NCBI GenBank assembly: GCA_039800145.1
Contig: JBDLRJ010000089.1
Span: 1 to 51,814, forward strand
Reading direction: 5' to 3'
DNA: 51,814 nt
DNA from: Pseudomonadota bacterium
Lineage (GTDB): Bacteria > Myxococcota > Myxococcia > Myxococcales > Myxococcaceae
The position numbers were made by a program, and so were the translations under genes. The notes under the pieces were generated by a model. It ran no database searches. It saw nothing but the letters and a program-made list of their open reading frames with translations, and was not told where the DNA came from. Positions 44,126 through 51,814 of the stretch are shown one piece after another. Numbering within the stretch: position 1 is the stretch's first letter; the number at the start of each line of letters is the position of its first letter.

Positions 44126-45611
44126 CCAGCTCCGGCTTCACCACCTTCCCCAGGGCGTTGCGCGGGAGCTCGGAGAAACAGAGCACCTGCCGGGGCACCT
44201 TGTAGGGCGCCACCCGCTCCTTCGCCCACGCGCGCACGAGTGGCTCCGCGCACGCGGAGTCCTGGCCGGGGCGAGGCACCACGCAGGCCACCACGAGGTC
44301 CCCCCACGCCTCGTCCGGCAGCCCCACCACCGCCACCTCCGCGACCGCGGGGTGCTCGCGCAGCAGCTCCTCCAGCTCCAGCGCGCTCAGCTTGTAGCCA
44401 CCGCTCTTGAGGACATCCACGCTGGTGCGGCCCAGCACGCGGTAGCTCCCGTCCGCCTCCCGCTGGACCGTGTCACCGGTGCGGAACCAGCGCCGCCCCG
44501 CGTGGGACACGAAGGCCGCGGCCGTGGCCTCCGCGCGGAGGTGGTAGCCCGCGAAGACGGAAGGGCCCGAGACGAGCAGCTCCCCCACCTCCGCGTCGTT
44601 CCCGGCCTCGTCCACCACGCGGGCCTCGACACCCGGGAGCGGCCGGCCAACGTGCCCCGGCCGGCGCCCCCCGGGGGCGAGCGGGTTGGAGAGCACCACG
44701 CCGAGCTCGGTCATCCCGTACCGCTCGAGCGGCAGGCAGCCCGCGAGCCCACGCCAGCGCTCGCCCAGGGACACCGGCAGGGCCGCGCTCCCGCTCGTGG
44801 CGAGCCGGAGCTTCCGCGCATGCCCGGTCCAGCGGGCCTGCTGGTCGGGCGGGGCCGCGTCCCAGGCCGCGAGCAGCTTCGCGTACAGCGTGGGGACGGC
44901 CATGAAGACGGTGCTGCGGCCCATCTGCTCCCAGCAGGCGACCGGCTCGAACGCGGACAGGAAGTTCACCGCGGCCCCCGCACCGAGCGCGTTGAGCAGG
45001 GCGATGGAGAGGCCGTGCACGTGGTGGAGCGGCAGGCAGTGCAGCAGCACGTCCGCGGGGCCCATCTTCCACGCCTCGCCCAGCGCGGCCTGCTGGTGGG
45101 CGAGGTTGCCGTGCGTGACGACGGCGCCCTTGGGCTTTCCGGTGGTGCCGCTCGTGTAGACCTGGAGCGCGGGCGCGTCCCCGGACACGGCCGGGAGCGC
45201 CCCCGGCGCGGCGTGCAGCGCCGCCTCCGCGGGGGCCAGCACCCGCGCGGCGAGGAGCCCCGCCGGAAGGTGGCCCGAGAGCTCCGGGTCCGCGAGGACG
45301 ACCTCGGCACCGCCGTCCTCGAGGAACCACGCCACCTCGGCTCGGGGGTGAAGCGGCGAGAGCACGAGCGCACAGCCCCCGGCGAGGAAGGTGCCGTACA
45401 GCGCCTCCACGAAGGCCGCCCCCGGCCGAACCAGCAGCGCCACCCGCGCCCCCGCGAGCGTCTCCCGGCCCGCGAGCAGGGCGCCGGCCACCGCGGCGGA
45501 CCTCGCGACGAGCGCTGCATACGGGTGCGCCCCCGACGCGTCGAGGACGGCGGTCCGCTGCTCCGAGGCGAGTTCCATCCAGCGGGACAGGACAGGAGAG
45601 GAGGTCGACAT
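44064..45611 (-). CDS. AMP-forming acyl-CoA synthetase (ANL superfamily; malonyl-CoA-synthetase/ACSF3-like)
   Basis: Track ORF of 515 aa. It contains the AMP-binding motif VYTSGTTGKPKGAVVTH, plus YGMTE, FRTGD and GKV.K at the C-terminus. Confidence 0.85.
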   Translation of the reverse strand: MSTSSPVLSRWMELASEQRTAVLDASGAHPYAALVARSAAVAGALLAGRETLAGARVALLVRPGAAFVEALYGTFLAGGCALVLSPLHPRAEVAWFLEDGGAEVVLADPELSGHLPAGLLAARVLAPAEAALHAAPGALPAVSGDAPALQVYTSGTTGKPKGAVVTHGNLAHQQAALGEAWKMGPADVLLHCLPLHHVHGLSIALLNALGAGAAVNFLSAFEPVACWEQMGRSTVFMAVPTLYAKLLAAWDAAPPDQQARWTGHARKLRLATSGSAALPVSLGERWRGLAGCLPLERYGMTELGVVLSNPLAPGGRRPGHVGRPLPGVEARVVDEAGNDAEVGELLVSGPSVFAGYHLRAEATAAAFVSHAGRRWFRTGDTVQREADGSYRVLGRTSVDVLKSGGYKLSALELEELLREHPAVAEVAVVGLPDEAWGDLVVACVVPRPGQDSACAEPLVRAWAKERVAPYKVPRQVLCFSELPRNALGKVVKPELVSAVRARLAASAPTPPATSG

Positions 45612-45669
45612 GCAGGCCGGGAACTACCACGGCCGGTGCAGGTCCACCGCGCCGTCCCGCGCAGGCTCA

Positions 45670-45699
45670 GCGTCCCGGCGTCCGGATCGGCGTCCCGGC
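45670..45699. promoter_or_regulatory. 10-nt direct repeat GCGTCCCGGC x2 (45670..45679 and 45690..45699, 20-nt period) in the 365-nt divergent intergenic region
   Basis: Read directly from the sequence. It lies 59-88 nt upstream of the acyl-CoA synthetase start. There is no further support. Confidence 0.15.
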
Positions 45700-45976
45700 C
45701 GGCGGACGATTCGCGCGCTGCGCAGTCCGCCGCGGCCTCCGGACACCTCGCGCGGGTCGCGCGGAGAGGAACCTGTCCGCTGGCGGAGGGCGCCGCCGCA
45801 CGGGTGAACTTTGGCGCACTCCGCCGGACGAAGGGAGGGACCGAGGCGGTCCCCGCCCGGCACTCCCGGACCGCTTCGCCGTCTGCGCCGGGGCTCGAGT
45901 GGAGCGGGGCCACCCCTGGAGTCACCCGCCCACGTCTGCGCGCCCCGGTGCCCCCCCTGCTACCTTCCCTGTCCCC

Positions 45977-47368
45977 ATGGTTCCCGCGCTCGCGCTGCTG
46001 CTGCTCGCTGCTGCCCCACCGTCCCCGCGCGTCCTATCCGGGGCGGATGGGTGGGTGTTCGCCCCGAAGCTCGAGGCGCTCTCGGGGCTCGGCGCCTGGT
46101 CGCGCGAGGCGGGACGTTCCACGCCGCTGCTGCGCAGCGCCGTCTTCAGCGAGGAGCTCCTCCCTCTGCTCCAGGTGGACCTCACCGACGCCGCTTCGCT
46201 CGCGCGGGCGGGCGTGGACCCGGCAGGACCGTTCACCGCGAGCCTGCTGCCGGCCGGCCGGGTGGCCTGCTTCGCGGTCAAGGACGTGCCGCTCTTCCGC
46301 GGCCACGCAGACGGCGCGCTCCGCCGGGAGGGACCTGCGTGGACAGGCGCCGTCCCGGGCGTGACGGCCGCGGCGGCCATGCGCGGCACGGAGCCGGCGC
46401 TGGGCTACGTCCTGTCCAACCGCCAGGCCTGCGTGGTGAGCGCCCCGCACCGGGGGGGCGCGTGGCTCCTGCGAACGGCGGCGAAGCTCCTGGGAAGCCC
46501 TCCGCCCCCCTCGGGTTGGAAGGAAGGGCGGGGGCTGCCGGGCGAGTTCTTCGTCGGCGGCAGCGGGTTGATCGCGGGTGTGCGCGCATCGCCGACGGGG
46601 CTCGTGGTCGAGGGACGGGCCTCGTCCCTCCCGGGCGGACTGCCGGGTGCGCTCGGGACGGGCCCCACGCCCTACGGCGCGGTGTCCCGCCAGGGACCGG
46701 GCCTGCTGCGCGCACGGCTCGAAGCGTCTCGGCTGGCCGGGATGGCACGCGGACTCGCGGGACAGCTCGCGCGCGCCTGCCCCGGGTGCGATGCGCGCGC
46801 CGCCGAGCGCGCCGCCGACGTGCTCGGCCCGCTGCTCACCGGGCACGTCCTGCTCCACGTGGAGGGCTTCAGGCTCCGTCCACCGCCGCGCACGCGCGAG
46901 GCGCGCTACTTCGCGCTGAGGCACGGCTGGGCAGCGGAGATAAAGGACGCCCCCGGCGCCGCGCGGGCGCTCGAGGCACTCGCCTCCGCCCGGGGGTTCC
47001 GCAAGGCCGGCGGCGGCGTGGTGCTCGCCACGCCGGACGGCGAGGTGCAGGTGGGACTGTCCGGAAACCACCTCTACGTGGCGAACGACGCTGGGGCGCG
47101 CCAGTCGCTGCTCGCGGGATTGAAGGGGGCTGCGCCCGGAAAGCTCGCGCACGGACTCGAGGGGGAGTTTGAGGCGCTCCCGCTGGGCAAGGCGCTCTCG
47201 GGCGTTTCGGTGCTGGACGCGGTGGGGAACGCCGAGGCGGCCGGGCTGTTCGCCCTGGCGCTCGAGCTGGGGCCGCTGCTGCGGGCGTCCGGCACCGTCA
47301 CCGTGAGCGCGGATGCGGCCGGCACCGCGCAGCGCTTCCGGTTGGAGTGGCCCCTCGCGCCGCGGTAG
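45977..47368 (+). CDS. Secreted hypothetical protein (463 aa)
   Basis: An ATG at 45977 lies in the frame of track ORF 45899..47368 (MVPALALLLLAAAPPSP signal-like leader). The composition is protein-like (F, Y, K, W present). I recognise no motif. Confidence 0.55.
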   Translation: MVPALALLLLAAAPPSPRVLSGADGWVFAPKLEALSGLGAWSREAGRSTPLLRSAVFSEELLPLLQVDLTDAASLARAGVDPAGPFTASLLPAGRVACFAVKDVPLFRGHADGALRREGPAWTGAVPGVTAAAAMRGTEPALGYVLSNRQACVVSAPHRGGAWLLRTAAKLLGSPPPPSGWKEGRGLPGEFFVGGSGLIAGVRASPTGLVVEGRASSLPGGLPGALGTGPTPYGAVSRQGPGLLRARLEASRLAGMARGLAGQLARACPGCDARAAERAADVLGPLLTGHVLLHVEGFRLRPPPRTREARYFALRHGWAAEIKDAPGAARALEALASARGFRKAGGGVVLATPDGEVQVGLSGNHLYVANDAGARQSLLAGLKGAAPGKLAHGLEGEFEALPLGKALSGVSVLDAVGNAEAAGLFALALELGPLLRASGTVTVSADAAGTAQRFRLEWPLAPR

Positions 47369-47432
47369 CCAACTCGCCTCCGGTGCGCGCCCTCCCATAT
47401 GTTCGAGGGGCAGCCTGACCCGGAGGTCCGTC

Positions 47433-50400
47433 TTGCGCTGTCTCCAGCCGTCCGCAGTCGCCCGCCTCGTCCCGCTCGTCGCTGCCGCCCTCCTGGCTGC
47501 GTGCGAGGGGCAAATCGACAGCGAGCCCACGCCGCTCAAGGTGGTGGCCACCACCCCCGAGAACGGCGCGCTGGGGGTGGCCCCCGAGGTGGAGCTCCGC
47601 GTGGAGTTCGACGACGAGCTGGACGCCCGCACCGTCAAGAGCGGCGTGGTGCAGCTCACGCCCCCCGCGCCGGGCAGCGTCGTCGTGGAGGGGCGGGCAC
47701 TCGTCTTCCGCCCCTACGAGCCCCTGCAGGCGGACACCCCGTACCTCGCGGAGGTGACGCGCGGCATCCGCGGGCTGAAGGGCGGAACGCTCGCGGCCAC
47801 GCACGGCTTCCGGTTCGACACGCGCGGCTCCACCACGGACATCCGGGCCCCGGCGGAAGCGGCGGATCTCTCGGTGGAGATCCTCTCCGGCACCTCGGTG
47901 AAGCTCACCTGGACGGCGACCGGGGACGACGGCATCACCGGCACGGCCACCCGGTACGATCTCCGCTGGGCGAAGGACGACGCCTGCCCCATCGAGGACG
48001 AGGCCGCGCTCGAGGGGGCCACGCCGCTGCCGCTCCCGGCCCCGCTGGCAGCGGGCACGGCCGAGTCCACCACCGTGGAGGCGCTGCCCCGCAGGGCGCG
48101 GGTCTGCTTCGGGCTCGTGGTGGTGGACGAGTTCGGAAACCGCTCGCCCATGGCCACCAGCGCGCCGGCCCAGCTGCCGGACCTCGTCCCACCTGCCTCC
48201 CCGGTGCTCACCGTGGGCACCGTGGACGAGGAGCGCATCCAGCTCACGTGGACCGCCGTGGGAGACGACGGCACCGAGGACCGCGCGCGCGAGTACCGGG
48301 TCTTCTTCCAGCAGGGCCTTCCCTGCACGCTCTCGCCGGACACCGCGGGGCAGGAGGTGGACGCGGGCACCTCGCAGGAGCTGGCCCTTGCGCTGCCCGC
48401 GGCGCCCGGCACGCAGGAGCGGCTCATGGTGTTGGATCTCCAACGTGACACCGACTACTGCTTCCTGCTGCGCGTCCGGGACACCGGCTGGAACGCCGCC
48501 TGGTCCAACGTGCTCTCGCAGCGCACCCCGGACCTCACCCCGCCCTTCCCGCCCACGGTGCAGGCCCAGCCGGGGCTGACGGAGGTGCAGCTGTCCTGGA
48601 CCGCCGTGGGAGACGACACGACCACGGGCGCCGTCACCCGCCAGGACGTGGAACACCTCGAGGGCCGGTGTCCGGTCCCGGGAGATCCCTTCCCCGCGAA
48701 TGCGTCCTCCACGCCCGTCCCCGTCCAGCCCGCGGGCGCGCAGGTGAGCCACGTGGTGACCGGCCTCGTGGCAGACACGGACCACTGCTTCCGCGTGGTG
48801 GTGGCGGACAACGTGGGGCAGGTGGTGGCCTCGGATCCCCTCGAGGTCCACACGGTGGACCCACTGCCACCCTCGGACCCGGTGGTCACCGCCAGCCAGG
48901 TGGGCACGGCCGCGGCCACCCTCTCCTGGCTCACGTCCGGTGACAATGGGCAGGACGGGCTCGCCGTGCGCGAGGAGCTGTGGGTGGCGCAGGGGGCCAC
49001 GTGCGCCGTCGTGACCGCGGCAGACCCCTCGGCGGCGACCCTCGTCTACCAGCAGCCGCCCGCTGCGCCCGGGACCCCGCGGACCTTCACGCTCACCTCG
49101 CTGGCGCCGGACGAAGATCACTGCGCGCTGCTCATCGTCGAGGACGAGACCGGCGCGTACGGGGCGAGCCCGCTCGTGACCTTCCGCACCCTGGACGAAG
49201 AGCCTCCCTTCTCCCCCACCCTCCTGCTGGACGCGGGGGTGACCACGCGGGACTCGCTGACGGTCCAGTGGCTTGCACCCGGGGACAACGGCGGCGGCGG
49301 CGGGCCTGCCACGGCGCAGTCGTTGCAGTACTGGACGGCGAGCGGTGCGTGCGGTGCGCAGCCCCAGCAGGGGGCCGTGCTCACGGTCCTCCCCCTGGAC
49401 GCCCCGAAAACGCCGGGCACGCGCGAGACGGCGAGGCTCGAGGGCCTCTCGGAGGACACCTCCTACTGCATCCAGGTCTCCGTCGAGGACGAGGTGCCCA
49501 ACGCCGCGAGCAGCAACGTGCTCAACGCCCGGACGTCCGACGTCACCGCGCCCGCGGCCCCCTCGCTCTCCGCGGACCTGCTCGAGGACGGCCTCGCCTT
49601 CGAGTGGAACGCGGTGGGGGACAACGGCACCGCCGGGGTGCCCGCGCGGTACGACTTCCGCTACCGCCGCGCCCCGTGCGACACAAACGCCGCCGGGGAC
49701 CTCGTGGGGGACGCCACGCACCCGCTCGTGGTGCTGCAGGTGACGCCCGTGGCGGGGAAGGCGCTCTACCGCGAGGAGCTGCGGGGGCTGGTCCCGAACG
49801 AGACCTGGTGCGGACAGGTGGTGGCCCTGGACGAGGTGGGACTCACCGGCCGGTCCAACGTCGCCACCGGGACGACGAACTCGCGGGACGTCATCCCCCC
49901 GGCGGACGTGTCGGACCTGGTCGCCACGCGCTACGCCGGCCTGGACACCGTGGTGCTCGAGTGGAGCGCCCCGGCCGAGGACCGCACCACCGGCACGGGC
50001 ACCGTCTTCGACTACCGCGCGGACATGGCCACCGGCGCGGACTGCATCCCGCCGGGGTCGGGCGCGCCGTTCGAGGTGGACGCGGGCACGGTGTCTGCGC
50101 TGCCCCTCGCGGTGACGCCGCAGGCCCCCGGCACGCGGCAGTCGGCGGCCCCCACCGCCTCCGGGCTGTCGCTCGGGGAAGCGGCCTGCTTCCGGCTGAG
50201 CGCGCTGGACGAGGCGAACAACTTCTCGGCCCCGTCCAACCTCGCCTTCCCGCCCGCACCCGTGGACACGCTCGCCGCTTCCTCCCCGGGCAACGGCTCC
50301 GTGGAGCTCACCTGGGCGGCGGTGGGCGCCCACCAGGAGAGCGGCCGCGCGCTCGGGTATGCGCTGCACGTCCGCAGCGGCCTCAACCGCACCTGCCCGG

Positions 50401-51814
50401 CCAACGCCCGCGCGCTGTTGCTGCTCTCGGGAGAGCCCTCGCACGGGCAGGTGCTGCCGCAGTCCGGCCCGGGGCTCTCGGGCGTCCCCGAGACCGCGCG
50501 CCTCACGCAGCTGCCCCCGGACCTTCCCCTGTGCGTGGCGCTGGAGGTCTACAACCAGCCCGGTGACCGCTCCTTCTCAAACGTGGTCTCCGTCACCGTG
50601 CGGGACGACGTGCCGCCCGGCCCGTTCCAGCTGAACCTGGTGGACGCCACCACCGGCACCGCGGACTTCACCTGGACGGACACGTTCGACAACGACGTGG
50701 ACCCCGCGAGCGGGCCGCCCGTGGTCTACCGGCTCCTCGTGGTGGAGGTGCCCGCCCCGGCCCCGGGGGACGATCCCTGCGCCCAGTCCCTCGACTTCGC
50801 GAACGCGGACGCCGTGCAGCCCACCAACGCCCTCACCGTGACCGGGCTCCGGCACTCCACCTGGTACTGCGCGCAGATGCAGGCCGTGGACAACGAGGGG
50901 CTCGCGGGCTTCTCCCCGGCGGTGGCGTTCCAGACGGACGCGCAGCTGGGGGACGGGGATCCCCCGGCCCGGCCCACGCTCTCGGCCCCGCTGGCAGGGC
51001 ACGTACGCTCGCTGGCCAGCTCCTCCGTCGAGGCGGACCTCTCGTGGCTCGCCGTCTCCGAGGACGGGCAGGCACCGGGCACGGACCCGGCCAGCGTCCA
51101 CGTGGTGCTGTACCGGGACACGCTCCCGGGCGGGGCGCCGGTGGCCGGCCCCTCGGACTGCGATGCGCTCAACGCCCTGCAGGATCCGCAGGCGCGGACC
51201 CAGGCCGTGGAGGAGGCCTACGCGATGACCCTGCCCGCGCTGTCCCCGTCCTCCGTGGGCGAGCAGCTCTCCGCCGTGGTGACCTTCTCCAGCGCGCCCC
51301 CCGAGCAGCCGCTCTGCGTGGCGCTCCGCGCGGTGGACGACGCGGGGGCCGGTCCCGCCTCGGCGTGGGTGTACTTCCGGGACAACACCGCGCCCGGCGC
51401 GCCGGTGGATTTCCAGCCCGCCTCCGCGGGCACCGCGCAGGTCACCCTGTCCGTGGTCGCCACGGGTGACGACGACACGTTCGGCGCTGCAAGGACGTAC
51501 CAGCTGGAACACGTGGCCGGCGACTGCGACGACGCGGCCACCGCGTTCGCCACGCTGCCCATCCAGGCCCACGACGTCTCCGGCGTGTCCCCCGCCCACG
51601 CCGGGGGCACGGACACGCTGGTGGCGACGGCAGGCCTGCAGGCAGAGGCCACCTACTGCTTCCGCCTCCGGGCGCTGGACGACGCCGGGAACGCCTCGCC
51701 GTGGGCCTACGCCGCGGCCACGCTCGCGAGCGCGGCGGAGGAGGATCTCCGGGCCCTGCGCGAGGCGCTGCGCGCGGCGGTGGACCAGTCCCTGCCCCCG
51801 GTCGTGACGGGCCT
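47433..51814 (+). CDS. Giant lipoprotein (more than 1460 aa, the 3' end runs off the right edge): SbsA/Big_5-type Ig-like domain followed by at least 11 tandem FN3-like domains
   Basis: The frame is open from 47433 to the window end and is absent from the ORF track because there is no stop. TTG 47433 is the only canonical start (ATG/GTG/TTG) upstream of the lipobox in this frame: (M)RCLQPSAVARLVPLVAAALLAAC. Next comes PLKVVATTPENGALGVAPEVELRVEFDDELDARTV (SbsA_Ig-like). After that there are repeated units containing L[TS]W.A.GDDG..G.A..Y and C.[FLV].V.A.DE.GN. Confidence 0.85.
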   Translation, partial: MRCLQPSAVARLVPLVAAALLAACEGQIDSEPTPLKVVATTPENGALGVAPEVELRVEFDDELDARTVKSGVVQLTPPAPGSVVVEGRALVFRPYEPLQADTPYLAEVTRGIRGLKGGTLAATHGFRFDTRGSTTDIRAPAEAADLSVEILSGTSVKLTWTATGDDGITGTATRYDLRWAKDDACPIEDEAALEGATPLPLPAPLAAGTAESTTVEALPRRARVCFGLVVVDEFGNRSPMATSAPAQLPDLVPPASPVLTVGTVDEERIQLTWTAVGDDGTEDRAREYRVFFQQGLPCTLSPDTAGQEVDAGTSQELALALPAAPGTQERLMVLDLQRDTDYCFLLRVRDTGWNAAWSNVLSQRTPDLTPPFPPTVQAQPGLTEVQLSWTAVGDDTTTGAVTRQDVEHLEGRCPVPGDPFPANASSTPVPVQPAGAQVSHVVTGLVADTDHCFRVVVADNVGQVVASDPLEVHTVDPLPPSDPVVTASQVGTAAATLSWLTSGDNGQDGLAVREELWVAQGATCAVVTAADPSAATLVYQQPPAAPGTPRTFTLTSLAPDEDHCALLIVEDETGAYGASPLVTFRTLDEEPPFSPTLLLDAGVTTRDSLTVQWLAPGDNGGGGGPATAQSLQYWTASGACGAQPQQGAVLTVLPLDAPKTPGTRETARLEGLSEDTSYCIQVSVEDEVPNAASSNVLNARTSDVTAPAAPSLSADLLEDGLAFEWNAVGDNGTAGVPARYDFRYRRAPCDTNAAGDLVGDATHPLVVLQVTPVAGKALYREELRGLVPNETWCGQVVALDEVGLTGRSNVATGTTNSRDVIPPADVSDLVATRYAGLDTVVLEWSAPAEDRTTGTGTVFDYRADMATGADCIPPGSGAPFEVDAGTVSALPLAVTPQAPGTRQSAAPTASGLSLGEAACFRLSALDEANNFSAPSNLAFPPAPVDTLAASSPGNGSVELTWAAVGAHQESGRALGYALHVRSGLNRTCPANARALLLLSGEPSHGQVLPQSGPGLSGVPETARLTQLPPDLPLCVALEVYNQPGDRSFSNVVSVTVRDDVPPGPFQLNLVDATTGTADFTWTDTFDNDVDPASGPPVVYRLLVVEVPAPAPGDDPCAQSLDFANADAVQPTNALTVTGLRHSTWYCAQMQAVDNEGLAGFSPAVAFQTDAQLGDGDPPARPTLSAPLAGHVRSLASSSVEADLSWLAVSEDGQAPGTDPASVHVVLYRDTLPGGAPVAGPSDCDALNALQDPQARTQAVEEAYAMTLPALSPSSVGEQLSAVVTFSSAPPEQPLCVALRAVDDAGAGPASAWVYFRDNTAPGAPVDFQPASAGTAQVTLSVVATGDDDTFGAARTYQLEHVAGDCDDAATAFATLPIQAHDVSGVSPAHAGGTDTLVATAGLQAEATYCFRLRALDDAGNASPWAYAAATLASAAEEDLRALREALRAAVDQSLPPVVTG
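47847..51720 (+). repeat. Array of 11 tandem FN3-like coding repeats (about 110-120 codons each) within the giant lipoprotein gene
   Basis: Units start near 47847, 48183, 48535, 48860, 49198, 49540, 49880, 50250, 50610, 50955 and 51385. Similarity is at the protein level and the units are diverged at the DNA level. Confidence 0.75.

Noticed and set aside
47298-50444. A 1048-aa track ORF on the minus strand, antisense to the giant lipoprotein gene, and the plus-strand ORFs 47399..48448 and 48980..50566.
   Set aside because: They show Arg/Gly/His-rich junk composition. The repeat-bearing, Cys-patterned frame starting at TTG 47433 explains the whole region and stays open to the window end.
1-51814. 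CRISPR arrays, rRNA, tRNA, prophage or toxin-antitoxin/defence-type genes.
   Set aside because: A scan by eye found no regularly spaced short repeats, no rRNA- or tRNA-like segments and no nuclease, ATPase or methylase defence signatures. Small ncRNAs cannot be excluded without covariance-model searches.

Overview
This is a 51.8-kb stretch of a very GC-rich bacterial chromosome. Hand counts of single 60-nt lines mostly give about 68-75 % G+C. The gene content points to Myxococcota, which is an inference: PEGA domains, FGE-sulfatase domains, many lipoproteins and exported Ala/Pro/Arg-rich proteins. Because of the GC content all six frames carry long open frames, so I chose frames by protein-like composition, recognisable motifs, signal peptides and start/RBS context. 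I call 34 protein-coding genes. Two of them run off the window edges and are absent from the ORF track because they have no in-window stop: 1..1102 (-) and 47433..51814 (+). I also call one orphan gene-fragment pseudogene. I found no rRNA, tRNA, CRISPR array, transposase or integrase. Recognisable genes are an ActB-like molybdopterin oxidoreductase (partial), two GT4 glycosyltransferases, a UDG-superfamily protein, a DUF3857/transglutaminase-like lipoprotein, hemW, an SGNH hydrolase, a KirBac-type K+ channel, a double-M16 peptidase, prmA-rsmE, a GH3 NagZ-like enzyme, an M14 carboxypeptidase, an APC permease, two FGE-domain proteins, two CapA-family proteins, an NlpC/P60 lipoprotein, a beta-propeller protein, GlsB/YeaQ, an RDD protein and an acyl-CoA synthetase. 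Four things deserve the most attention. (1) A tight co-directional five-gene cluster at 21080..30181 consists only of exported proteins and lipoproteins of no family I can name. Two divergent Cys-rich paralogues bracket it, and it includes a lipoprotein with an orphan GspG-pseudopilin-like C-terminal domain. This is my best candidate for an undescribed envelope or extracellular system. (2) A 360-bp direct repeat (11348..11707 and 13587..13946, 15 mismatches, mostly synonymous) duplicates the 3' end of the SGNH gene. It brackets a lower-GC FGE-PEGA gene, which looks like the footprint of a recent gene insertion or 3'-end replacement with no recognisable mobility gene. (3) A 983-aa CapA + 3xPEGA + unknown-domain fusion sits in an operon with an NlpC/P60 lipoprotein that carries a polycationic tail. 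(4) A giant TTG-initiated lipoprotein has at least 11 tandem FN3-like units, each with exactly two conserved Cys. All functional calls rest on motif recognition by eye. No database search was run.
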